A program made the translations under genes and the position numbers. Positions 26,676 through 39,869 of a stretch of DNA of 64,000 bases are shown here, piece by piece (positions within the stretch are counted from its first letter, which is position 1; each line of letters starts with the position of its first letter). Source of the stretch: Octopus vulgaris (Eukaryota); NCBI GenBank assembly GCA_951406725.2, contig OX597832.1:5642001-5706000 (forward strand), in the 5' to 3' direction. Under the pieces are notes generated by a model. That model made no database searches and was not told where the DNA came from. It worked only from the letters and a program-made list of their open reading frames with translations.

Positions 26676-27474
26676 TTTAACCCTTGAGCATTCAGATTAC
26701 TCAGTCAAATGTAATGTTTATTTATTCACATTGTTTTGAAGTAATCATACATTAACTTATAGCTTTCAGATTTCAATGATGGGATTGTTTATTTTTGAAC
26801 TGGCATCGTAGGGTAGGTATGAGAAGCTAGATCTGGCCAGTTTAACCGCTATGCTCAGTTTAACCTTAAACTCAGAATATAAAGAGTACCAAGTTCAAAT
26901 CCCACTGAGGTCAACCTTGCCTTTCATTTTTTTGAGATTTATAAAATAAAGGACCAGTTTAGGAACTAGGATTGATATAGTCACCAAAAATTTCAAACCT
27001 CGTGCTTATTTTAGGAAAAACTATGATTAATAATTTCTTTTATTATATATATGACAGTGCCCCAGCATGGCCACAGCTCGTGAGCTGAAACTAGATAAAA
27101 AAAAATATATATAAAAATTTCTATCCACATATAATAATTTAATGCGCAAAAGCAAGCTACATTGACCTAAATGTTGAAATAAAATATGACAGTTAAGAAA
27201 TGTATCTATATCCCATTTGTAAATGATACAGCTGGAGTAATATACAACCATTTCTATAAGAACATTGGCATATTATTTATGGGTGTAAAGATAGACATGT
27301 TTCAGAAAATAGTAAAATAAGGATCTGTAAATACTCTTATGGCATTCTCACATTTTTAAAATTTTGTTAACTGTATATACTTTTATGTTTTTCAAGATGT
27401 ACCTAGAAGAAAAGGAACTTTTGAAGATAAGGACATATTTCTCAAATCACTACAAGATTTAGTCAACACAGATC

Positions 27475-27690
27475 TTAACCATTTTGTTGCCATATCTCTG
27501 TTGAAATACACTATGTTTATTTTAATACTGAAAATTATGAGGAATTTAAATAGATTACTTTGTCAGTCTTCAGCTGGTATTTGGAACATTTACCAGCTAG
27601 AAATTTTGGTAGGTTTTAATTTACATCTTTTTAAAATAAGAAATTTCTATCAGAGAACCAGGGGTAGTTTTTGTTAGGTTTGTAATCTGT
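27475..27690. mobile_element. piggyBac-type TTAA MITE, family B (degraded)
   Basis: ttaaccattttgttgccatat... is colinear with 55075-55304 and 31098-31785. Confidence 0.55.
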
Positions 27691-29482
27691 AAAACAGAAT
27701 ATTTCGACTGGGTCTTGATATCTGGAATTTAACTTGTCATTTTTTGAAACAAAGCCCTAAGGGACCAAATTACATAATTAGTTAAGAGGAAATTGCTAAG
27801 AAGAATAATTAACAATAAGTGGGTTTAAAAAAGTAAATTAAGTATTTAGTTTCTTTACTTGTAATTTGAAATTGAAAATAATATAGAAGAGGATAAAAGA
27901 AGCTTTCACAAAATCTAGCACAGCTTAAGAGAAGGTGAATAGGACAACGGTGTTTTGAATAATAAAACACAAAGACTGTTAATGATAAAAGAAAAATAAG
28001 AAAGGGTTAAATATACCTGAGAGAGTTTATATCCATTAAATCTTGCCATGAATAAGCATGGCGCCTCTTGTCTGGAAATGATAATCCATGAAATTTGGAT
28101 TGGTAATATTAGATAACACACTTTAACAGAATTTTGAGAACTTGAAAAGCATTAGAAATAGGAAATTATCTAAAATATGAAGTGTAAGAGAAATTGTATA
28201 ATTATTTGAACTGAATGAAACTTATTAATTTCTTCAAAGAAGTCATACTTTTCCCCCAGTGAGCAGAAACTACACTGAAGATTGAAACTGTAAGGGAAAT
28301 TCAAGGGAAATATGAGAATTTAATGAAAATTTATTTATGGTTTGATGGCTAACAGTATTAGATATCTGTATGTCCCAACCAGATGAGTTCTACTTCTGGT
28401 TATTACGAGCCAGTGAAAACACACATGCATAGAAATTTGAGTACATGATTAATCTAACAAGCCACATGTGTATGATAGTAGTCATGCAGCGATAGACATA
28501 AGGGATAAGAAATATCAAATTTTATTTATAATGGAAATAAGAATCATGTTGTATGGTGAATGTGTATTCAATGAAGAGGTGGAAAAAAAAAACAGAGGAA
28601 GTACATGGTAACTAGTAACTCAACAAAGATACAGAAAAAGAAACCTTGCTGATGCATGAGAGTAGGTGTATTCATGTGAGAGTTAGAGCAAAGATGATGT
28701 GAGAGAAAGTGGTAAGATAAGGTCTAAGTATACAAAGTTACACAGAGGAAATGCATGGTAGGGTAGATCCATCAAACCCATGCTGCATTGCAGATCTGTT
28801 CAACCTATGCCATTGTTGAAAAACTGATAGCAAAACAATAATGAAGAAGAAAGCAGTATTATTTACAATGCAAATCCTGAAACAATTTTAAAACAACTAA
28901 ATAGAATGAATCTCTATTACCATTAAATGAATTAGTTGAATGCATCATTATATCAGTCTACTATTATACGACTGCACAAAAAAGAAATTCATTCAATGCT
29001 GAAGCAATCTAGTATTACAAATTGAAAATTTAAGTTTTCTTTCTCTAATTGAAATGCATTAAAAGCTAAAAGAAAGGTTTTTAGTAATTTATCACAAAGA
29101 CTTAGAGCATTAATTGAATAGGAATCAAAATTCTTCTGTTTCAATAAAATTCTTCACAAGAGAAAATCCCAAAACTTTACCAATGAATTTCTAAGTTACA
29201 TTCTATTGCTAAACCAACAAACATTAATAAACAAGCTTCTGTTTATCTTATCAATCATTCATAGTGTATCCAACAGATGTTATCTTATATGAGGAAAACA
29301 TTGCCAATATTTGCAAAAGCTTAATTTTTCACCAATGAGCAAATACTTTCAAAACAGATCCAAACAATGAGATAAAATAACACCTATTATATAATAAATC
29401 AAACACAAAGTAAGAGATTTTCATTGTCAGTTAAAAAGCAGACTTCAAGACATTTTTAGATAGAGCATATTTAGATAGAGCA

Positions 29483-29514
<32 letters not shown>

Positions 29515-30019
29515 GCTGCAGCTTCTTTAATGTAGCAATGGACAAATTAGAAAAGTTAGAGTTTCAGCTGTAAGATATTGAAGCTAATTCTTTAACGCTA
29601 ATAGAGCATTTGCTTACTTCTGCTACACTAACATTCCAGACGTTCCATAGACAAATGGCAGAAGACAGCAAATACTTGTCTCAATAGAAGAAATAATGAA
29701 TGTATGTATACCTTAAACAAGTCAGTTTAGTAGTAATATGTGTAAACTTAATTAACAACCGCTGTGATAATTGCCTTCAGTTGAGAATAGTAAAGTAAAT
29801 AACAAAAAAATTTTTTTCTTTCTTTAGTACTATTTGGATACGAGCCATTATAAATTACAGCTGTCAACAGTTTTAGTGCTAAGTGATTAGTACCAGTAAA
29901 ATATAGTGAAATATACTTCTTATTTTTGTATTTTTAAATCTACAAAATAAAGAGGTTGAGTAAACTCATACAAAAACAAATAGGCATAGCAGTACTAAAA
30001 TGAAAATTATTCTAAAACA

Positions 30020-30387
30020 GGCATGAATGTGTAAGAAACTTGCTTTGCAATCCTGTGGCTTTGGGTTCCGTCTCACTTTATGGCACTTTGGGCAAGTGTC
30101 TCAAGGTCAACCAATGCCTTATAAGTGAGTCTGATAGCTAGAAACTGTGTGGAATGCTGTCATATATGTGAGTGTGGTAAGAAGCTTGCTTCCTAACCAC
30201 ATGGTTCCATGTATGTGTGTACGTGTTTGTCCCCATAACTTAGTGGTTTGGCAAAAAAGACTGATAGAATAAGTACTAGGCTTACAAAGAATAAGTCCTC
30301 AGGTTGATTTCTTTGACTACAACCCTTTAAGGCAGTGCTCCAGCATGGCCACAGTCAAATGACTGAAACAAGTAAAACAATAAAAGA

Positions 30388-30390
<3 letters not shown>
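30020..30390 (+). mobile_element. CORE-type tRNA SINE (composite, degraded)
   Basis: ttgggcaagtgtc core and 3' tail gctccagcatggccacagtcaaatgactgaaacaagtaaaa. Confidence 0.75.
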
Positions 30391-30439
<49 letters not shown>

Positions 30440-30531
30440 TCATCATCATCATTGTCATAATTTAACATCTGTCATCCATGGATTGGACAGTTTGATCAGA
30501 GCTGGCAAGCTGTGCCAGACTCCAGTCATAC

Positions 30532-30568
<37 letters not shown>

Positions 30569-31097
30569 ATGGACTCTCTCATTGAAGTTGTGTGTGTTCA
30601 GCTTTTGCTGAACAATCTGCACAAATGATTTGTCTATAGTGATCAAGTGTATGTGCTATACATTAGCTCACTCCCGCTATCAAATCGATGCTACCTCAAC
30701 AGGTACATGGTGTACTACCACATGTCAGATGTCAAAGTGATTGCAGAGCGACATGAGATGAAATGTTTTGCTCAAGAACATACGACCCAGTCAAGGAACT
30801 GAAACCATAATCTTGCAATCATGAGCACAACACCCTAACCACTAGGCCATATATGAATATATGTGTGTGTGTGTGTGTCTTTTTATACCCCATTCCCCCT
30901 TCACACCAAGTGTTGGTTTGTTTACATCTTGTTTATGTAACTTAGGGGTTCAGCAAAAGAGACATAAAGTACCAGACTTAAAAAAAATAAATAAATATTA
31001 GGAGCAATTTGTTTGACTAAACCATTCAAGTTGGAACCCCAGCATAGTTACAGTTTGATGACAAACTGTGAAAGGATAAGTTACCTGGTCTATCTGG

Positions 31098-31785
31098 TGC
31101 CATTTGTTACCATATTTCAGTTGAAATACAGTGCCTTTGTTGTCCATTAATTTTGAAAATAAAAAAGAATTTAGTAAACTAACTTTGCATTATTATCCTG
31201 GTAAGTTAATAATGCAGCAATGAGCTAGCAGAATCATTAACATGCTAGACAAAATACTTTGCAGCATTTTTTCTAGTTCTTTATGTTCTGAGTTCAAATA
31301 CCACCAAGATTAACTTTGCCTTTCATTGTTTTTGGGGTTGATAAAATATGCACCTGCTGTGCACTGGGGTCGATGTAATCAATGAGTCCCCTCCCTGCAA
31401 AATTTCAGGTCTTGTACCTATAGTAGAAAGGACTATTCACTTGATATTTGGAGCATAAATTAACATGAAATTTTGATAGAAAGTTTAATTTGGATCACTT
31501 TAATCCTTTAGCATTCAAACTGGTTGTAACTGACCAAAATATTTCACTTGTTTTAAGTTGAAACTGGACAGTTTCTCACACTAACCCCATAATATCATTC
31601 TAAAACTAAACATTCTTATTATTGAAATCTCTAAACTACAATATAATGCATAATTAATTCAAAAACAATGAAAATAGATATGTATTATATTTGACAGAGT
31701 AATCTGAATGCTAAAGGATTAAATCAGGAAGTTTCTATCACAGAACCAAGGGCAATCTTGGGCAGATTAGTATCAAAAGGGTTAA
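31098..31785. mobile_element. Nested insertion: family-B TTAA MITE containing a SINE (~31215-31435) and a family-A TTAA MITE (31500-31722)
   Basis: The host sequence resumes colinearly after each insert and ends tatcaaaagggttaa. The inner MITE is bounded by ttaatcctttagcatt / aatgctaaaggattaa. Confidence 0.7.
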
Positions 31786-32369
31786 TCTTAGAATCTGACA
31801 ATCTTAGCATTAAGATAGAGAGCCATTAGAAAAAAAAAGAAGAGATAACAAACAGTTGTATTAAATTAAAGAAGATAACATCATAACCAATGGAGACCTT
31901 CTTGACACAGATAAGATATACAAATTAGTGCTTGGTTTCTCAAATAGCTGACTAATTTGGTACACATAACAGAAAACCAGGCAAGATGCACACAATATCT
32001 CATAGGCTTTAATTCAAATCTTACAGAAGTCATCTTACTTGTTCATTTTTAGAAACAGGAATGGAAAAGAAAATAGCATCAATAGAAGATGGTTAAGAAT
32101 TAGTTATACCAAATGGAATCAAGTGACCTTTCATTAATTAGAGATATCCACAAAGGATGATCAGCCTTATCGACTTCTGGGATGAGGAAATGACACTTGT
32201 GACATTCAGGTCTATTCCAAAGATACTAATGGAGTTAAATAACTTGATCAAGAATTAGACCAAGGTTATAGTATTAGCTTGCTATGCTATGGTGATCACT
32301 TCAGTAAGGCATACCCTGTAAATAAAATAGTCTTGTACCTACAGAATAAAACAAATTAAACTATATTCC

Positions 32370-33606
32370 TAAAACTGAAAGAATGTGTCTTTTTTTATAC
32401 TTCTTTTACTTTTCAAAATTAAAATAAAAATTCTTTTTTAATCTAAAATATACTCTCCATTTTCTACAATGCTCTTCTATCTATCTGGTAGACTTTCAAG
32501 GCTCCTCTTCCAAAATTCACTTGTCTGTAATGAAAAATACTCCTCCCGTACTGTTCTGACCTTGTCCACAGAATTCATACTTTTTCTGTTCAAATGATTT
32601 TGAAGACTGTGGAAGAAATGATAATCAGATGGGGCAATGTCCAGTGAATATGGTGGGTGGGGCATCGTTTCCCATTCAAACTGCTCCAGCCTTTGGAATG
32701 TCATCCCCGCTGTATGTGGCCGAGTACTATCCTGATGGAAGAACACCTTTTGTTTTGAAACCAAAAATGGTCATTTTTCTTCTAGTGCTGACTTAAGCTG
32801 TTCAAGCTACTCACAGTAGATCTCCTTTGTTATTGTTTGGTTTGGGTTTAAAGTTCAAAGGGAACTAAACCTTTTATATCCCACTGAACAGATAACAACA
32901 CCTTATGTGGGTGAAGACCTTCTTTAGCCTGGGGTGCCAGTGTTTCTCCTTTCCCTACCCACTGTCTTCAGTGTTAGACATTTTTACAGAGAACCCATTT
33001 CTCGTCATCACTCACTATTTAGTCCATGACAGCAAAGAACACATATTCACTCTCTGCACGCGATTAGACTTGGAAAGTTTGTGAGGAACCCATTGACCCA
33101 ATTTGCTGACTTTTCTGACGACACACAGGTGTCACTGAATGGTTGACCAAACCCAAGCTTCTCTGCTAGTTCCTCAACAATTATGATGAGATTTTGTTCC
33201 ATTAGGATTTGCAGGATGTCCTCATTGAGCTTTACAGATCTTACAGGATGAGCCTCATTTTCTAGGCTGTAGTCTCCAGCTCAGAATTTCTGGAACCACC
33301 ACTGACACTGGCTTAAGCTTATTGTCCGACCCCCATATATTGCATTAATATTCCTTGCACTTTCTGTTGTGTTGTTGCCTTTATTGAACTCATAAAGCCA
33401 AATATGCTCCTTTGTCACTTCCATTATAGCTTTGAAAAAATAACTTAAAATCGAACAGCACTCTTCAAAACTTGCACTAAGAATAAGGACAAGGTAAATT
33501 ACTACCTGCTTTTATAGCAAGTTGATGCAGGTAGTTTATCCTATTGCCTCTGACTTTTAGTTCATGCAATTGAAAAAAACTGCATTATTTATGGGATGAC
33601 CCAATA
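32370..33606 (-). mobile_element. Mariner (DD34D) transposon, pseudogenised
   Basis: Minus-strand ATG at 33424 (MEVTKEHI), WFQKF.AGDYSLENE, FFHQDSTRPH, WETMPHPPYSLDIAPSDYHFF. Right TIR ...tgcattatttatgggatgacccaa+TA. Left TIR is degraded. Confidence 0.88.
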
Positions 33607-36349
33607 ATTGGGGAAATGTGTTTCAGCTGGGAGTACTAGAGTGAAATTTAAACAATATTTAATATGAGCTGGAGAGATAAAAAGAATGAGAGTAAATTAT
33701 GCTCATTGTTGCTCAGTCCCTGGTCAGCCCTGAATGAACAGATCTATAATGAAATGCATTCCAGCTATGACCATCCTGTATTTTTGTAGGTTTGCTTATC
33801 TCAGACTACACTGTCCAATGTGTTCTAATCTATTTTAAGTCAGTAGGGTGTAACTGTTGTTAACTTTGCTGAGTGACCTCTTTAGGTTTGTTACACTGAG
33901 GTAGCTAATGGAATGCTTATAAAGGTCTCACAAACTTACAGTTTCATATGATCTGATATTTAAAAAATAAATCTCTGAAAAGTACCACATACGCTTGGAT
34001 ACAGACCTCCTAGAATGATAAATAGCTGAGTTGATATACATTTGACTAAAGGCCAAAATGTCTAAGTCTCTAAACTAGTTTAGAGAATTCTATAATCAAA
34101 TCACCTCAATTTACTGACTGCAGGACATTATTACCAAAGCAAACTACAATTTATTGTAGTATACTTTGGTAATAATTGTTTTGGTAATGATTGTCTTGCT
34201 TTTTGAGAATCAAAGAAGCAAAATAGAAAAAAAAGACATTCTGAGCAATGTGGGGAGGATTTTTATTGATATTATTAAGAATGGATTAGATATTTTGAAG
34301 TTGGGTTCACAAATTGTATCTAAGAGTTTATGAAATAAAATAAAAATATTACTTATACACCAAGGAAAAGAAACATTTTCAGAAATTCAAAATACTATAT
34401 TTATAGTGCATGAGTAGCCCAATAGATAGCGTTAATTTTAAATAGCTTTTCAAGATATTGACTTAATATAAGAATGCTTCAGCAATGCTAAAATACATTA
34501 GAAACAAAATATATATATGGCTGTATGGTAAGAAGCTAGATTCCCAACCACATGGTTCAAGGTTGTCCCACTTCTACTATAGCCACAGGCTGACCAAAGC
34601 CTTGTGAGTGGATTTGGTAGATGGAAAATGAAAGTACCACATATGCTTGGATACAGTTATTTTACAAAGGGTACACTAAGAACTAGTAATACCTTGTGAG
34701 GGTTCTGTAAAATCAAAAAGTTTTAATCATTAGATTTAAAAAGCAACACTTTTTTCTGTACCCATATACTAAAATGCAGAACTTCCAAAATAGGTACAAT
34801 AGTATGATCATCAACATCATCATTTTTACATGGTACCAGCACCAGTGCTTTTTACATGGCACCAGTATCTACACCAAAATATTCCTGTTATTGAATAACT
34901 TGCTGCTAAAAAGTTACAACTAAACAGACATAGAAATCAAGATCTAATATAATATAAATAAGAAACTCATTAGAATCAAATTTTGTTTTTATACATAACT
35001 CCTTGTAGCAGATTGTGAAGTTGTAAAACAGAAAAAAATTGTTTCGGACATCATGAAGTAGCTGGCATAGAAAAGATATGCCAATGAAAATGGCTATCTG
35101 AAATATTAATGAGATAATAATTTTTCAGACTATTGAACTCATGATAAAATGTTTCACCTTTAACCTCTTAGTACTCAGGTTATTTTGTCAAATGTAACGC
35201 TTATTTATTCTCATTCTTTTGAATTTATCATGGATAATCTCATTTCTTTGAGATTTTGATGATGTGATTATTTTTAGAATGAGATTGTTGGATAGGTGTG
35301 AAAGGCTGGATCTGGCCAGTTTTAACAAAAAAAACATAGAACATTTGGGCTTGATGTGCCCAGTTTAAATGCTAAATGGATAAAGTTGAAGATAATAGTT
35401 TGAAAAATTATAATCTTAACAGAAGCTTGTCTTTAGAAATTTGGAGAAAAATAACTTTTTAGGGGATCAGCTGCTATTTAGAGAATTCTTGGAGAAATTT
35501 ATCTTGTACTACAGAATATTTGGGAGATTATCTTAAAAATCATGATCTGGATTGTATGAACCTAATATATTCCACATACCAAAATATTCCCAGAAAATTA
35601 AATTGAAGGTATTGGTGGTTAACTTAAAACTGAATCAAAATTATTGTTAATTAACCCAAGATTGAAAAGTCAATGCCTGATTGCATTTAAAAATGAGAAA
35701 AGGAAATACAATGAGAAAAAAAGCAAAAGAATAAAAATATATGTAAAGCATCATCTAAGGATGAGTGTTTTGCTGTAGTTCTAGGGCTGAAGGAAATAAG
35801 AACTATGTCTTCCCCTTCAAAAGGATAACTGGTTTGTTACAAGTAACATTTCTAGATAATTAAATATGTATTCTCAGTAACTAAGTTAGCTAAAGAAATG
35901 TAGACTAAAACAGTATATCAAGAAACACAACAAAATGCCTATAGCAGATTTAAATACATGGTGTATGAACAAACAGCCCAATGTCTAATCAGCTTGACTA
36001 TTTCACTTCTCCCAAGTAAATATAAAGAGTACATATGATGAAAGAGGATAAAAATGTGAGACTATTTCACACTTTTATGCTTGTTCATACATGTTTTCAT
36101 ATATCTCAAGTAACCATTCAGCTTGACTAGAGAAAATTGAAATACCATCCTTGTCAGCATTTCTAGTGTCCACTTTTCCATGCTTGCATTTGTCAGATAG
36201 TATTTGTTGAGGCAGATTTTCTACAGTCAAGTGCTCTTCCTTGTTGCCAACCCTCACTTGTTTCCAAGCAAAGTAAAATTTTGCATGTTCAGATATGTAT
36301 TCATGGAAGATTGGAAATAAAGAACACCTAGTCAAGACAAGGCAACACA

Positions 36350-36491
36350 AACACACACATGTATGTATATACATACATATATATTATATACATACATATA
36401 TATATATATACATGCATACATATATTATATATACATACATACATATATATATACATGCATACATATATTATATATACATACATATATATAC

Positions 36492-36530
<39 letters not shown>

Positions 36531-36688
36531 CATATATTATACATATATATATACATACATACATAATATATATATATACATACATATATATATACATATA
36601 TATATACATACATACATATATATATATATACATACATTATATATATATATATACATACATACATACATTATATATAATATACATACAT

Positions 36689-36726
<38 letters not shown>

Positions 36727-36740
36727 CATACATACTATAC

Positions 36741-36770
<30 letters not shown>
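36350..36770. repeat. Compound (TA)n/(TACA)n microsatellite
   Basis: About 420 bp of almost pure TA/TACA repeats. Source of several spurious ORFs. Confidence 0.97.
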
Positions 36771-36774
<4 letters not shown>

Positions 36775-38576
36775 AAAACCATTTACATGGTTTATATATG
36801 GTCAGCCCAAGGCTATAATAAATGACAGTTACCCAAGTTCCACACAATGGGATTGAAATAGTGTGGTTAGAAAGCAGTTTTTTTACAATACAGCCATGTA
36901 CAATTAAAACAGCATATAAATTTAGTCTTCTACCAGAGATATCTGAGGGAAATACTAACCATTTTATGAAATGAGAGCATCACCACTAACGAACAATTTT
37001 ATTTCAGGCTACTCTGATGGAAAATATTGAAATTCTCTAGAATGGCTTTTAAGACTAGACTCCTCACTATTAATGTTTTGAAATCCAAATATACAGATGA
37101 TAAATAAAAAAAATTTCAAAGTTTATTCTTGAAATAAGTTTATAACTGTAGCATCACTTGTCAAAAGATACATAACATGGTCAGTTATAAGGGAAACTAG
37201 TAAAAATGCAGGGGATCCTTTTAGCTTTCAGTAATTAGAGAGCCTAAATCTAAAGAAAAAACTTAAACAAATGCTCAGACAATCTGAAAATACTCATATA
37301 TCCTTATAAGTGACATATACACACACATATGTATTTATGTCTGTCCATTCATAAATTGAACTTTGACACAGAATAGAATGAGTAATGATATAATAAACAC
37401 AACTAATCAGATATCAAAAGTTAAATATGAAATATTTTCATGGTAACTTATTGAAAATCGTGGAAATAAGCAAGTTTCTGATCTCTTGAGGGAAGAAAAT
37501 TGAGAGCTGGAAATATCAGATGATCAAGAAGAGTTCAACAGTATGAATGAATATATGAAGAGATCAAGTGAAAATAAGAGCAGTGTGATGAACTAAAATG
37601 TAAACGGAATATAATATAATGTGGGTGTTAGCCACAAATTTACAAGGCAATTAATCACACATGGAAAAATGTGTACCAGTCTCCCTTAAGTTAAAATGGT
37701 TGTTGCTGGAAAGGGCATTTCACCCTTAAATCATCAGTTCTAGAAACATATAGACCCATACAAATATATAGATGAATAAAAAAAAAGTTTGAAATAAGGG
37801 AGTGGTGAGTATGTAAAGAAGGGAAAACGACAAAATATTTCAATTATACTCCATAATAGTATGGAAACGTGGAAATGAAATGAACAAAGATAGTGTAAAA
37901 GAAAGAAAAATCCAAACAAAATTACATATTTTTAAAATATGCAACAAGCTGGGAGGATGACACCCAATTTTATGTTATCAGTTAATGAGAAATTTTTTTA
38001 CTTAGGAGGTAAAATGCGAAATAATTTTTAAAATTCCAAAATATTAAAATCATCCCTTTCTTTCTAAAGTGAATCTAGGCCTCCACCCTCGACACCATCA
38101 AAAAGGAAAGATACACTAAGACAATATTACTAGAATATAAGACAACAGAAACACGCCAAAAGGATGACAGTAATTTTGAACTTAAATGCTTCTACATTGA
38201 TTTCAAATCAAACATTAAATGTTGGGTGGAGCTCTTTATACGAAAAGGGGTGCTACTTGTTAGCAAGAACGGAACGACAGTATATTTACTGATAACAAAC
38301 ACATTTTGAAAACTTAGTCGCAAATTCTAATTTAAAAGAATATTACTGAATTGTGAAGACAGATAAAACATAAGGTTCGAGTGTATTTATAAGGTGTTAA
38401 ATGAACAAAATACTGACTTATTTTGTAAATTTGATTTCCTTTTTCACTATATTTTGAGTGAAATGACCATGATCAGAAAAAGGATCAACACAGCTCAGAG
38501 ACAAGAATAATAATGAATCATTTAGGAGAATAAAAACTGTACAAACACTAAGGCCCAGTATACGATACACACACAC

Positions 38577-38614
<38 letters not shown>

Positions 38615-38658
38615 TAAATCTTATATCTATATATATATATCCCATTCATATTTACGTT

Positions 38659-38722
<64 letters not shown>

Positions 38723-39242
38723 AAGGGAGGTCGAACACATATAAGAAAATAAACTTTTAATTGTGTCAATGAAAACCGAAGAACAATCCACAAAATGAAG
38801 GCAGGGAGACAGTTCTGTAGCGGAATAAGTTCACACCGTTCATTCAAAGCCAGTGGCAATAAACACACAAGTTCAACATCAGCAGAAACAGCACCGGTGA
38901 TAAATGCTTCAGTATGTTCATTACAACATAACAGCTTTAGATTGATGATAGCCCAACATTTTATTCAGTTGTCTTTAAAAAATATTAGGTTCCCAAAAGG
39001 GAAACATATTATCCGTTAAGATAAACAGAGCAATCTGTGATGAGGAGAAATCCCTCATACGGTTGGTACTCGTAATAAATATACATCATTACCATTGATA
39101 TTAGTGTAGGCTTCGCCATTTCAGCAAACTTTTTACATAGTGACTAAATATAAGACGTTATCAAACTAATGTATAAGCTACGATGGTCAGTTTTGGAATT
39201 AAGGAAAGAGCACCAGCCATCTTAATGTCGCGGATGATATAT

Positions 39243-39275
<33 letters not shown>

Positions 39276-39364
39276 CCTATATATCTATATATATATCTAT
39301 ATAAATGATAAATACGTAAATGATAACAATGTTACAGAATGAAAAGTGTACAAAGTCAACTCAC

Positions 39365-39520
39365 CGATTAAAGTAGTAAAACCGAAAGGAAAAATGTGAG
39401 ATAGTGAAATCAGTTGCAGCGACGACGACAACAACAACAATAACATAAACGCTGCCAACACAGTTGGATTCGACAGCTCTATGCAGCCATATTTGCTCTC
39501 CTCAATAGAGAGGTAGGAAG
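39365..39520 (-). other. Candidate first exon of an unidentified divergently transcribed gene or lncRNA
   Basis: Minus-strand donor ttaatcg|GTGAGT (intron starts 39364) and a YY1-like AATATGGCTGC motif at ~39483-39493 on the minus strand, inside the CpG-rich zone. The 5' boundary is a guess. Confidence 0.5.
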
Positions 39521-39562
39521 CGTTGATTCCGGTAAAGATCGGAAACTGTCGATGTGAGTTTG

Positions 39563-39604
39563 GTAACCAATAGTAACCAGTTTTGCTTAGTTTCATGTAA
39601 ACAA
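39563..39604 (+). promoter_or_regulatory. RFX X-box plus forkhead (FoxJ1-type) motif upstream of CIMIP2C
   Basis: GTAACC-AAT-AGTAAC (39563-39577) fits the RFX consensus GTNRCC(N0-3)RGYAAC. GTAAACAA (39597-39604) is a forkhead core. Both lie ~200 nt upstream of the ATG of a ciliary gene. Confidence 0.65.
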
Positions 39605-39798
39605 TCCTATTATGAATAACAACAATAACAAAAAATAACAAACACAACTGAAATCAGTTTTCGATTGAAAACTAGAACTCGTTTCACCTTTCGATCTATG
39701 TTCATCCTGGCAAGAAAATTTTTCCCAAGGACAGCGGTTGGCTTGGATCTCTCTAACGATTAACGTATTTTTAGTCGGTTTCGTTTGATGCCATTGAA

Positions 39799-39869
39799 AT
39801 GTCAAGAGCTGCTGGAACTCTAATAACGACTACCAAGACAGACTATGTGGCACCGCACTTTATGCCAGG
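39799..39869 (+). CDS. CIMIP2C: CIMIP2C/FAM166C-like ciliary microtubule inner protein, coding exon 1 (MSRAAGTLITTTKTDYVAPHFMPG)
   Basis: ATG at 39799. Translation resembles the N-terminus of human C2orf70/FAM166C as recalled (MASRSAGTLLTEFNAAYVPPGLMPG). Ends CCA GG|gtaaat, a phase-2 donor that joins exon 2 in frame. Confidence 0.9.

Noticed and set aside
36295-36856. Long ORFs rich in Y/I/H/T (also 16577-17037, 38418-38868, 51086-51451)
   Set aside because: Translations of (TA)n/(TACA)n microsatellites, which lack stop codons by composition.
39297-39647. 116-aa minus-strand ORF, including a signal-peptide-like MLLLLLSSS
   Set aside because: Hydrophobicity comes from (TTG)n/(TCG)n microrepeats, and the ORF runs through the promoter and a splice donor. 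Treated as a probable 5' UTR exon, though a short coding start cannot be excluded.
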